Shown: positions 51,901 to 59,436 of the stretch, in pieces
Position numbering within the stretch: position 1 is the stretch's first letter
How the letters are laid out: the number at the start of each line of letters is the position of its first letter
NCBI GenBank assembly: GCA_041569895.1
Contig: JBFFXF010000002.1
Span: 1 to 63,576, forward strand
DNA: 63,576 bases
Reading direction: 5' to 3'
Source: Planctomycetota bacterium
GTDB taxonomy: Bacteria > Planctomycetota > UBA8108 > JACQVS01
The notes under the pieces: generated by a model
The model's input: the letters and a program-made list of their open reading frames with translations, nothing else
What the model was told of the DNA's origin: nothing
Database searches by the model: none
Translations under genes and position numbers: made by a program

Positions 51901-52604
51901 TCGACCGGGCCGTCGATCCGGAACGGCACGCGGATGAAGACCGACGAGTTGACGCGGTGCATGTCGGCCTCGATGTCGGTCGAGATGAACTCGTCGTACG
52001 GACTCTCGTCCCTGCGGTCGAAGCCGATCCCGATGGTCGCGGGCTTCCAGCCGGCGTCGTCGAAGTCGATCGCGGTCCACTCGGTGCCGAGAGCGTCGCT
52101 GTCCGGGACCAGGTAGCGCGCCCCGGCGCCCGGACCGAGCAGGTCCCTGGAGTCGGTCTCCATCGTGAAGCCGTACGAGACATCCGTCGGCTGCGCCGGC
52201 AACGACGGCCGGAACTCCGATGCGACCGAACCGTCGGCACGGATGAGCGCGAGGTACTCGCCGCCGCTCGACAGCCTGAAGTTGGTGTGCAGCTCGCCCT
52301 CGGTCCGCCTGCGGTCCTTGCCGGAGGCGAAGACGAGGAGAAACTCGCCCGGGAAGATCGTCCGCGCCGGAAACCGCCACTTCGCGCGGTCGGCGGGATC
52401 GTCCGTCAGCCGCCAGCTCTCGAGGCTGACCGGCTCGGCCGCGGCGTTGAAGAGCTCGATCCAGTCAGGACTGCGGTCGTCCTCGTCGACGAGCGTCAGG
52501 TCGTTCGACGACATCAGCTCAGTGATCACGACGTCCTGCGCCCGTCCCGGCGACAGCACGAGAACGAACACCGCGACAAGCCACCATGCGCTTCTGGGAT
52601 TCAT
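48954..52604 (-). CDS. Secreted CotH kinase-family protein with two lamin-tail (LTD) domains and a C-terminal dockerin-like module
   Basis: ORF track, 1216 aa. Signal MNPRSAWWLVAVFVLVLSPGRA. LTD (VVITELMSSN...DWIELFNAAAEPVSL; ILITELMYNP...FIELHNASDQVVSL). CotH core (LHGPYSDKSLMRNVLAMEWSNNIGRYAARTRFCELFLNE...YWGVYVLMEKIK). Confidence 0.88.
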   Translation of the reverse strand: MNPRSAWWLVAVFVLVLSPGRAQDVVITELMSSNDLTLVDEDDRSPDWIELFNAAAEPVSLESWRLTDDPADRAKWRFPARTIFPGEFLLVFASGKDRRRTEGELHTNFRLSSGGEYLALIRADGSVASEFRPSLPAQPTDVSYGFTMETDSRDLLGPGAGARYLVPDSDALGTEWTAIDFDDAGWKPATIGIGFDRRDESPYDEFISTDIEADMHRVNSSVFIRVPFRIDGPVEFDMLMLTMRFEDGFVAYLNGVEIERFNAPDELAFDSRATSSNNTAPNEVEFNISRHGELLREGDNVLAFHGLNFTTSNGDFLLAPSIRSDRILSVARDAPLFFTESTPGLPNRSQGFPGVVPAPVPSQSSGTFVEAFDLGFSVDAAGAVIRYTVNGGQPTEDSTVFTDPIPIDVTSVVRARAFQPDRVPSPTLTLTYIAIDQNAADFDSNLPIVIANPFGAPNGSSFIPAYVATIETAGGRTGIVDTPGYIGPAGMKRRGSSSSGWPKGNYGLEIWDARGNDEDASLLGMPAESDWVLHGPYSDKSLMRNVLAMEWSNNIGRYAARTRFCELFLNERRSPKIGMAHYWGVYVLMEKIKLGENRVDIEKLYPSETAEPEVTGGYVLKKDRNDPGDSGFAVPGGPGFAAQTLLYVDPKERGPRSASAQQKAWLRGWFTEFARSLAGQDFADPENGYAKYIDVGAFIDHHLLTELCKNIDGYRLSTFMFKDRDGKLNMGPLWDFNLSLRNADYLEGWKSDGWYYRLISSEQYPWYPRLFADPGFQKAYSDRWIELRADEFSIDKLIGSIDQHTELLGEASVRNFQKWRILGRYLWPNPNPLARTFNEEVELMKDWLIGRVLWMDSQLVPAPVLSPDGGLIPEGGLELTMEGPPGSTIFYTLDGSDPRSRQGQQGDTAIEYRGPVMITRNTVVKARILLQGLGGGGLAEAIFLEKLPPILITELMYNPPEPPPESPFRSREFEFIELHNASDQVVSLADVRFARGVTFRFNPNDAPVLGPREYGVIVANREAFVSLHGDGMTILGEFSGSLSDNGELIELEGPIDAAIPEYPYARFRYDDDWYPETDGNGHSLVLVDPEIDRELLGEATSWRPSIAVHGSPGRADVEVLPGLQVPGDVDQSGVLNVTDGVLILGILFGGRHDRLPCEGSLESAGNTKMLDIDGNRDVNLADAVSLLNYLFLRGDPPALGTDCVPVLGCPSVCAEE
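48957..49229 (-). other. Dockerin-like repeat pair plus Cys-rich tail (CotH protein C-terminus)
   Basis: PGDVDQSGVLNVTDGVLILGILFGGRHDRLPCEGSLESAGNTKMLDIDGNRDVNLADAVSLLNYLFLRGDPPALGTDCVPVLGCPSVCAEE. Confidence 0.7.
50040..51170 (-). other. CotH kinase-like core domain
   Basis: Runs from GMKRRGSSSSGWPKGNYGLEIWD, through LHGPYSDKSLMRNVL... and DGYRLSTFMFKDRDGKLNMGPLWDFNLS, to ...LMKDWLIGRVLWMD. Boundaries are approximate. Confidence 0.65.
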
Positions 52605-52717
52605 GAGACCCGTACCCGGTTTGCAGCGGCCGGTCGTCGGCCGCGGATTATCTCGACAGCACCCCCCGCAGCGACATGATACGTGTCGGCGGCACGTCTC
52701 TCAAGGGGATCCTGTGC

Positions 52718-53150
52718 TCCGATCCCGGTCCCGGACCCGTGCCCGATGAGGCAGCTCGACGCCGCTGGCGAGTTTTGACGGCAGACAACGGCAAGGAAGG
52801 CAGGAAGGCAGGAACGCAGGAAGAGAGAGACTGGAGAAGCGCATCCCACAGCGCGGAAGCGCGGTCGACGAACGACGAGGACGGGAACGCAGATTGCGCA
52901 GATTGCGCAGATTGGCGCAACGGTCGACTCGAGTGAACCCATCCGAGTTCTCTGACCGCAGCATCGGAATCCGAATCGGAATCGGATCTCGGAGTCGGAT
53001 CTCGGAGTCGGAATCGGAGTCGGTGTCGGTATCGGAGTCGGTATCGGTTCTCTGTCTCTGATCTCTGTCTCTGTCCCGGACCCACTCCGACCCGAAGGTC
53101 GATCGAGGACGAGGACGAGCTCGGGAACGGGAACGGGAACGGGAACGGGA
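52718..53150 (+). repeat. Mosaic intergenic repeat, copy J, long variant with inverted P ends (P-L-K-Q-x-E-D-x-G-P')
   Basis: P 52718-52745. L 52746-52789. K 52790-52886. Q 52887-52913 (3 units). E 52961-53046. D 53047-53076. G 53104-53120. P' 53123-53150 (GGGAAC x4). This is the only copy in a divergent (start-to-start) spacer. Confidence 0.9.
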
Positions 53151-53226
53151 GGTGTGGAGACTTTCATTCATCCCCCCGATCTGCGAGCATGTTCCGGATC
53201 TGAAAGAAACTCCCGGAGGTCGACTC

Positions 53227-54381
53227 ATGCCTTCTCCGTCCGTTCTTTTTCTCGTCTCCACCGCCGCGCTCCTCGCTCCCGACGAGGTGCCCGGGCCGGT
53301 TGCGGCGTTCCTTCATGCGGCCCGTTCGGTCGGGCCCGAGGGGGCGGGCAACGTCGCTGCCGGTCGCGCGTGGCGCGAGCTCGTTGGCGCCGTCGGCGCG
53401 GATGCCGTGCCCGCGTTGCTCGCCGGTCTCGATGGCGCGTCTCCGGTCGCAGCGAACTGGATCCGCAGCGCGGTGGACGCCGTCGCGGGGCGCGGCATCG
53501 CGAAGGGGCAAGCGCTTCCGCGCGAGCGCCTCGAGAAGTTCCTGCTCGATCGCAGTCACGATCCTCGCGCCCGGCGCCTGGCGTGGGAGCTCCTCGTTCG
53601 CGTCGAGCCGGCGGCGCGGGAGCGTCTCGTCGCCGGAATGCTCGACGACCCCAGCGTCGAGCTGCGTCGTGAGGCGGTCGCGCGTCTCGTGAGGCAGGCC
53701 GAGGCGGCTGGCGATGGCGACGACGCGACGCGGGCGCGGTCGATCTACCGCAAGGCGCTCACCGCGTCGCGCGACGTCGATCAGATCAACGAGATCGCCA
53801 GACGGCTGCGCGACCTCGGCGAGGAGGTCGATCTGGTGCGTCACTTCGGTTTCCTGACGCGGTGGAGCCTCATCGGTCCCTTCGACAACAGCGAGCGATC
53901 CGGTTTCGACGCGGTCTTTCCGCCGGAGCGTGGCGTCGACCTCGACGCGGCGTGCGAGGGGCTCGACGGGCCGGCGCGCTGGACCGAGCATGTCTCGACG
54001 CACGAGCTCGGCATCGTCGATCTCAATCGCGCCATCGCGCACCGCAAGGAGGTCACCGCGTACGCTCATACCCCGTTCACGAGCGAGCGGGAGCGGGACG
54101 TCGACTTTCGTCTGGCGACGGTCAACGCCTTCAAGCTGTGGCTGAACGGCGAGCTGATCTTCGCGCGCAACGAGTACCACCACGGCACGGAGCTCGACCA
54201 CTACCGGGCCCGGGGGCGCCTCCGGGCCGGCCGCAACGACATCCTGCTGAAGGTCCTCCAGAACGAGCAAACGCAGGACTGGGCGGACCACTGGCGATTT
54301 CAGATCCGCGTGTGCGACGCGACCGGGACCGCGGTGCTGTCCGCGGACGGCGAGAGCGCGGCGGCGGGAGGGTCGCGATGA
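53227..54381 (+). CDS. Hypothetical secreted protein (HEAT-like helical N-part, beta-sandwich C-part)
   Basis: ATG 53227 (GGAGG 7 nt upstream) inside track ORF 53152..54381. MPSPSVLFLVSTAALLAP. Helical repeats (DPRARRLAWELLVRV, DPSVELRREAVARLV). The C-part WSLIGPFDN...FKLWLNGELIF...ILLKVLQNE resembles sugar-binding jelly-rolls. Function unknown. Confidence 0.7.
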   Translation: MPSPSVLFLVSTAALLAPDEVPGPVAAFLHAARSVGPEGAGNVAAGRAWRELVGAVGADAVPALLAGLDGASPVAANWIRSAVDAVAGRGIAKGQALPRERLEKFLLDRSHDPRARRLAWELLVRVEPAARERLVAGMLDDPSVELRREAVARLVRQAEAAGDGDDATRARSIYRKALTASRDVDQINEIARRLRDLGEEVDLVRHFGFLTRWSLIGPFDNSERSGFDAVFPPERGVDLDAACEGLDGPARWTEHVSTHELGIVDLNRAIAHRKEVTAYAHTPFTSERERDVDFRLATVNAFKLWLNGELIFARNEYHHGTELDHYRARGRLRAGRNDILLKVLQNEQTQDWADHWRFQIRVCDATGTAVLSADGESAAAGGSR

Positions 54382-55613
54382 GAGCGCTTCTGCTGGTGAT
54401 TCCGATCGTCGTGCTCGCCGTCGACGCGCTCGAGGGCGGGGACTGGCCGCAGTTCCGGGGACCGGGGAGCCGCGGCGCGGCCACCGGCGCGGATGACCGC
54501 GAGGGAACGCTGCCGCTGACTTGCGATGGCGACAGCGTCGCCTGGCGGAAGCCGCTGCCCGGGCGCGGGCTCTCGAGCCCGATCGTCGTCGGTGGCCGCG
54601 TCGTCGTCACTGCCAACAGCGGCGCCAGGCAGGACCGCCTGCACGTGCTCTGCCTCGACGCCCGCTCCGGCGACCAGATCTGGGAGCGACAGTTCTGGGC
54701 CACCGGCATGACGCGCTGCCACCCGAAGACCTCGATGGCCGCGCCGACGCCGGTGTCGGACGGCGAGCGCATCGTCGCGCTGTTCGCGTCGAACGACGTC
54801 GTCTGTCTCGACCTCGACGGCAACCTCCTCTGGCTGCGCGGGCTCAACAGCGACTACCCGCAGGCGTCGAACAGCGTCGGCATGGCGTCCTCGCCGGTGC
54901 TCGCCGGGGACACCGTCGTCGTGCAGCTCGAGAACGACAGCGACTCGTTCGCGGCCGGGCTCGATCTCGGGACCGGCGTGAACCGCTGGAAGATCTCGCG
55001 CCCCGCCTCGGTCAACTGGTCGTCACCCGTCGTGCTGGCGCATCCGGTCGCGGACAGCGGCGGCCCGGCCACGGTCGTCCTGCAGTCGACGCGCAAGGTC
55101 ACCGGGCACGATGCGCGCACCGGCCGCGAGCTGTGGGCCTGGGCGGAGCCGTGCAAGGGAATCCCGTCGTCGCTCGCGGCGGACAACCTCCTCTTCGTGC
55201 CATCCGACGGGCTGACGGCGTTGCGCCCTCTGGCGAACGGCGATCCGGAGATCCTCTGGCGCTCGCCGCGGCTCCGGACGACGACGGCATCGCCAGTCCT
55301 CTATCGCGGCCGCGTCTACGTGCTCACCGGCGATATCCTCAAGTGCGCCGAGGCCGGGGCCGGCGGGCTCTCCTGGCAGTTGCGGCTCGAGGGCCCGTTC
55401 AGCAGCACGCCGGTCGCCGCCGGCGGCCACCTCTACCTCTTCAACGAGAAGGGGCTGTGCCAGGTGGTGCGCGTCGACGTCGAGGAGGGCGGCAAGGGCG
55501 AGGTGGTCTCGAGGAGCGACATCGGCGAAACCATCCTCTGCACCCCCGCGATCGCCGGCGGCGCGATGTTCGTGCGCAGCGATCGGTCGCTGTGGCGCAT
55601 CTCCCGGCGCTGA
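54378..55613 (+). CDS. PQQ-like beta-propeller repeat protein, secreted
   Basis: ATG 54378 overlaps the upstream stop (ATGA), inside track ORF 53862..55613. MRALLLVIPIVVLAVDA, then WPQFRGPGSRGAA. Propeller blades. Confidence 0.85.
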   Translation: MRALLLVIPIVVLAVDALEGGDWPQFRGPGSRGAATGADDREGTLPLTCDGDSVAWRKPLPGRGLSSPIVVGGRVVVTANSGARQDRLHVLCLDARSGDQIWERQFWATGMTRCHPKTSMAAPTPVSDGERIVALFASNDVVCLDLDGNLLWLRGLNSDYPQASNSVGMASSPVLAGDTVVVQLENDSDSFAAGLDLGTGVNRWKISRPASVNWSSPVVLAHPVADSGGPATVVLQSTRKVTGHDARTGRELWAWAEPCKGIPSSLAADNLLFVPSDGLTALRPLANGDPEILWRSPRLRTTTASPVLYRGRVYVLTGDILKCAEAGAGGLSWQLRLEGPFSSTPVAAGGHLYLFNEKGLCQVVRVDVEEGGKGEVVSRSDIGETILCTPAIAGGAMFVRSDRSLWRISRR

Positions 55614-55615
55614 AT

Positions 55616-55682
55616 CGTTCCCGTTCCCGTCGGAGTTGGTCTCCGACAGCTCATCGCGGACGAGGACGAGGACGAGGACGAG
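55616..55682. repeat. Mosaic repeat, copy K (short P, hairpin, G)
   Basis: CGTTCCCGTTCCCGTC 55616-55631. 7-bp stem hairpin GTCGGAG-TTGGT-CTCCGAC 55629-55647. GAGGAC units 55658-55682. Convergent spacer. Confidence 0.85.
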
Positions 55683-55698
55683 TCGGGACCCCGCCCGT

Positions 55699-56529
55699 TC
55701 ACCGCACGGGGCCCATGCACTGGATGCCGTTTCCGTGCCACACCGACGCAATCTCGTCGCGCGAGAGCAGGACCCGGCCTTCGAGCGGATCCCAGATCTC
55801 GTAGTCGTCGCCCGCCATTCCCATGAAGGTCACCGCGTGTCCCTCGTGGCCGACCGCCGGGTGGTCCACGAAGAGGATCGCGGGCGAGCGCACGTCCTCG
55901 AGGCGCGAGAACCTCTCGTTGAGCGTCTCGTGCTCGATTCCGTACGTCGCCAGAGCGTAGCGCATCTGCCCGGGGCTGGTGCCGAGCACGGTGGTGCCCA
56001 TCAGGTCCGCCGCCTCCGGCTCGGTCACCGGGAGGCCGTAGGAACGGGCGACGTTGGCGATCGCCGCGGCCGCGCAGCTCGAACCGGAAGACTGGAGAAC
56101 GACTCCGTTTTCCGAGACGGAGTCCGCCAGCCGGTCCGCGACGCGCACTTCCAGCGCCGCGGCGGTCAGCGAGACGGAAGTGATGAGGAGCGTCGAGCAC
56201 AAGACGAGGCGGCGCCGTTTGCGGTGGCGCGTCAGCAGCGCCAGCGCCGAGGTGTAGCTCGAGACATAGCCGAGGAGAACGACGAGCGCTGACCACGTCA
56301 CGCCGCTGGCGTGGCGCTGGAGCCAGAGTGGAAGCACCTGGCAGACGCGATCGGAGAGCTGCGCGCCGACCGGAACGGCGAGAAGAACGAGCAGGGCGCT
56401 CGACATTGGCAGGATCCACCGGTCGTGCCGGTGGGCGGTCTCGACCGTCACCGAGGGCCGGCGGGCACGCAGCGACCGCGCGCGAAACACGCCGAGCGCC
56501 ACCGCCAGGAGCACCGCGAGCAATGGCAT
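55699..56529 (-). CDS. Membrane protein with C-terminal peptidase C39-like (papain-fold) domain
   Basis: I prefer ATG 56529 inside track ORF 55699..56763, which leaves room for the divergent 56732 gene. Four hydrophobic helices. Then VLQSSGSSCAAAAIANVARSYG (candidate Cys) and ...VGHEGHAVTFMG (candidate His). Confidence 0.7.
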   Translation of the reverse strand: MPLLAVLLAVALGVFRARSLRARRPSVTVETAHRHDRWILPMSSALLVLLAVPVGAQLSDRVCQVLPLWLQRHASGVTWSALVVLLGYVSSYTSALALLTRHRKRRRLVLCSTLLITSVSLTAAALEVRVADRLADSVSENGVVLQSSGSSCAAAAIANVARSYGLPVTEPEAADLMGTTVLGTSPGQMRYALATYGIEHETLNERFSRLEDVRSPAILFVDHPAVGHEGHAVTFMGMAGDDYEIWDPLEGRVLLSRDEIASVWHGNGIQCMGPVR

Positions 56530-56731
56530 GATCGTTCTCTTCCCGATCCGCGCTCCCGGCTCGTCCCCCTCCTTCGCCCTCGTCCCGCCGATGAGGCAAG
56601 GCCCCTCCGGGAGTATAGCATCACCCCACCCGAAGTGCTGACACCGGACGCCGCCCGGCGTATACTCGGGCCTGCCTGTGTAGGCGGCATTAAGGGGTGC
56701 GCAGCCTTTCGGGAGCCGAATCGGGAGTGCC

Positions 56732-57577
56732 ATGATCGCGCAGAACGACAGGGAGCGTCTCACGGCGGTGCTCGAGGCGATGCTCCGACGCCCGCGTCTG
56801 CTTCCTGCGCAGACGCTTCGACACCTCGAGGATCACCTCGACTCGACCGACGACAACGTCGCCGCGTTCCTGCGTGTCGCCGCCAGCCAGCTCGAGGAGT
56901 ACGAGCTCGACATTCTCCTCGCGCCGGCGTTCACGCCGAGCTTCGAGGAGCAGGTGGAGGTGGCGACGCCGCTCCGGGCGTATCGGCCCGCGGCCGGCGA
57001 CATCCCGGCGATCGTCGCGGAGCTTCTCGAGAGAGTCGCGACCTGTCCGGTGGTGCTTCCCGGAAACGAGCTCGCCGACTTGACGCTCCACGAGGTGCTC
57101 GTGTCGCGCTGGGTCGCGCTGCTGCGCCTCGAGCACGCGCCGCCGACCGAGGTGGCGTCGTCGATCGAGGAGGTGCTGCCGGCCGAGCTCGTCGCCGTGG
57201 CGCTCGCCAACGTCCGCCGCAAGGGGTTCACGCAGGGACACCAGGAGTGGTTCGCGCGCTTCGTGCCCTTCGCGGTGGACCGGCACGCCGTCGACCGCGA
57301 GTCCCTCGACGTCCTCGCCGACTTCCTCGCGTCCCAGCCATCACTCGACCAGGAGGAGCTGCAGGACCGCCTCGAATCCCTGCTCAAGGCGTCGGTCGAG
57401 GCCGGCACCTTCGCGCAGAAGGGCCGCATGTACTGGTCGAGCGACGTCGCCGAGCATCACCAGTTCCGCGGCCAGGGAGTCGTCGACGAGCAGGACGTCG
57501 AGAAGCGCATGCGGGAGATCGACGTCCTCGAAACCCTCCGCTCCGACCTCCGCGCCTTCGGCGACGTACTGGGCTAA
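56732..57577 (+). CDS. Hypothetical protein
   Basis: ORF track, 281 aa. ATG with GGGAG upstream. GC3-rich codon usage and non-repetitive composition. I recognise no domain. Confidence 0.6.
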   Translation: MIAQNDRERLTAVLEAMLRRPRLLPAQTLRHLEDHLDSTDDNVAAFLRVAASQLEEYELDILLAPAFTPSFEEQVEVATPLRAYRPAAGDIPAIVAELLERVATCPVVLPGNELADLTLHEVLVSRWVALLRLEHAPPTEVASSIEEVLPAELVAVALANVRRKGFTQGHQEWFARFVPFAVDRHAVDRESLDVLADFLASQPSLDQEELQDRLESLLKASVEAGTFAQKGRMYWSSDVAEHHQFRGQGVVDEQDVEKRMREIDVLETLRSDLRAFGDVLG

Positions 57578-57578
57578 G

Positions 57579-57798
57579 CCCCGTCCCCGTTCCCGTTCCC
57601 GTTCCGGTCCTCGAGGGCGCTGGTTGCGGAGCCCGATGACGGATTCCGATACCGATGACCGATACCGATGACCGATACCGATGACCGATTCCGACTCCGA
57701 TCGGAGTCGGATCTCGGAGTCGGATCTCGGAGTCGGGGTCGGAATCGGAGTCGGACTCGGCATCCGACCAAGCACGACTCCGCCTCCTCCCGTCCCCG
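57579..57798. repeat. Mosaic repeat, copy L (P, then E' facing E as a long palindrome)
   Basis: P 57579-57606. E' 57632-57700 and E 57701-57766 form inverted arms with a perfect 22-bp palindromic core, TCCGACTCCGA|TCGGAGTCGGA (57690-57711). Short CCCGTCCCCGTC at 57789-57800. Convergent spacer. Confidence 0.9.
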
Positions 57799-59403
57799 TC
57801 AAGCCGACGCCGTCTTCTCCGCCGTTTCCGGCTCGATGCCGGCGAGCTCCTGGAGCATGCGCCAGTTGAGGCGGCGGTCCTCGTTTGCCTTCAGCAGCGT
57901 CTCCGACGGCTTGCCGTCCTTGTCGAGATGCTTCTCGAAGCGGCCCTCGGTGCGCGCGAAGGTCACGAAGTCCACCGGCTCGCCGGTCTTCGGATCGACG
58001 TACCAGTCCTTGGTCGCCGCCGGGTTGCCCTTCAGGGACAGCCGGTCGCGGATGCGCTCGCCCTGCGAGGGATCGTAGATCAACAGTGGGAACGCGCGCG
58101 AGTCGACCGCGAGCTTCGCCTGCGCGGCCGCCAGGTGGTCGCCGACGCCGTGCTCGGGCTGGCAGGTCGTGAAGGTGATGACCACCGACGGGCCCTTGTG
58201 CTCGTTGGCCGCCAGGATCGCCTTGTAGAAGTGGTTGACGTGCGCCGCCGTCGTCTGCGCGACGAAGACGTCCGGGTGCGCCATGATGATCTGGGCGAGC
58301 TCCTTTCGCCGCTCGGTCTTGCCGCCGACGGCGGTGCCGTGCTCGCTCATCTTCGTCCGCTGACTCATGTAGGTCGCAGTCGACGCCTGTCCGCCCGTGT
58401 TGCTGTAGACCTGGGTGTCGAGGACGATGACGTTGATGTCCATGCCGCTGATCAGCATGCGCGACAGCGCCTGGAACCCGATGTCGAGCATCGCGCCGTC
58501 ACCGCCGATGCACCAGAGCTTCTTGTCCTTCCATCCCTGCTGGTTCCACTTCGCTCGCACGCCCATCGCGTACGTCGGGACGTTCTCGAAGAGCGAGTTC
58601 GACCAGGGCAGGTTGTAGGGATTGTAGGGGTACGTCGACGTGTACACCGTGTTGCACCCGGTCGCGGCGAGGAGCCCGACGTTCTCGGGCCCGTAGACGA
58701 AAGTGGTCGCAGCGACCATCATGCGGAGCACGGTCGCCTCGCCGCACCCGGCGCAGCTTCCGGCGCCGCCGACGTACTGCAGCGACCGATCGGCGAGCAT
58801 CATGTCGGCGAGGACCTTCTCCATGATGAACTCGTCGGGCGTCGGGCCGACCTTGCGGAAGAAGTCGAACTTCTTCTTGTAGAGCGGCATGTTGTGGTCG
58901 GTCTTCTTGATCATGCGCAGGGCGTCGTCGTCGCAGACCGCGACGCACTCCGCGCAGCCCTTGCACTTCGTCGGATCGATGAAGATCCCGAAGTACCCGG
59001 GCTCCTTCTTCTGCTTCTCGCGGGCCGTCCAGTACTTCCTGGTCTTCGCCCAGTCGGCGCGCACGGACTCGCGTTCGGACCCCGGCAGATCCGCGAGGTG
59101 GGTCTCGAGGGTCTCCTCGGAGATCACCTTGCCGAGAATCGCCGTGTCCGGGCACTCCGTGACGCAATCCATGCAACCGACGCAGTTCTCCTGGATGAAC
59201 TCGGGGATCTCCGGAGCGATGAACGAGAAGTCGCGCAGCGCGCCCGTCGCCGCCGGGATGACGGAACGAGCAGTATCGAGGTCCGCCTCGAGCTCGATGT
59301 CACCCGTTCCCTTCTCGTAGAGGTCGACCACGCGATAGTTGAAGTTCCGGATGTCGACGACCTCGTGAGCCGACTTCGGCAACCGGGCAGGGGTGATAGC
59401 CAT
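57799..59403 (-). CDS. Pyruvate/2-oxoacid:ferredoxin oxidoreductase, ferredoxin + TPP-binding part (split PFOR, C-terminal half)
   Basis: ATG 59403 (the track starts at TTG 59406), with AAGGAGAG upstream. 4Fe-4S motifs CVGCMDCVTECP and CKGCAECVAVCD. TPP motif GGDGAMLDIGFQALS. Confidence 0.9.
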   Translation of the reverse strand: MAITPARLPKSAHEVVDIRNFNYRVVDLYEKGTGDIELEADLDTARSVIPAATGALRDFSFIAPEIPEFIQENCVGCMDCVTECPDTAILGKVISEETLETHLADLPGSERESVRADWAKTRKYWTAREKQKKEPGYFGIFIDPTKCKGCAECVAVCDDDALRMIKKTDHNMPLYKKKFDFFRKVGPTPDEFIMEKVLADMMLADRSLQYVGGAGSCAGCGEATVLRMMVAATTFVYGPENVGLLAATGCNTVYTSTYPYNPYNLPWSNSLFENVPTYAMGVRAKWNQQGWKDKKLWCIGGDGAMLDIGFQALSRMLISGMDINVIVLDTQVYSNTGGQASTATYMSQRTKMSEHGTAVGGKTERRKELAQIIMAHPDVFVAQTTAAHVNHFYKAILAANEHKGPSVVITFTTCQPEHGVGDHLAAAQAKLAVDSRAFPLLIYDPSQGERIRDRLSLKGNPAATKDWYVDPKTGEPVDFVTFARTEGRFEKHLDKDGKPSETLLKANEDRRLNWRMLQELAGIEPETAEKTASA

Positions 59404-59436
59404 CAAGCTCTCCTTTTACAGGACGTGTGTGCGCCG

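Noticed and set aside
1468-52604. Calling the dockerin-like proteins a cellulosome
   Set aside because: No cohesin-like scaffoldin, glycoside hydrolase or carbohydrate esterase domain was seen in the window. Only the Ca-binding repeat pair resembles dockerins, so I describe it only as a shared C-terminal tag.
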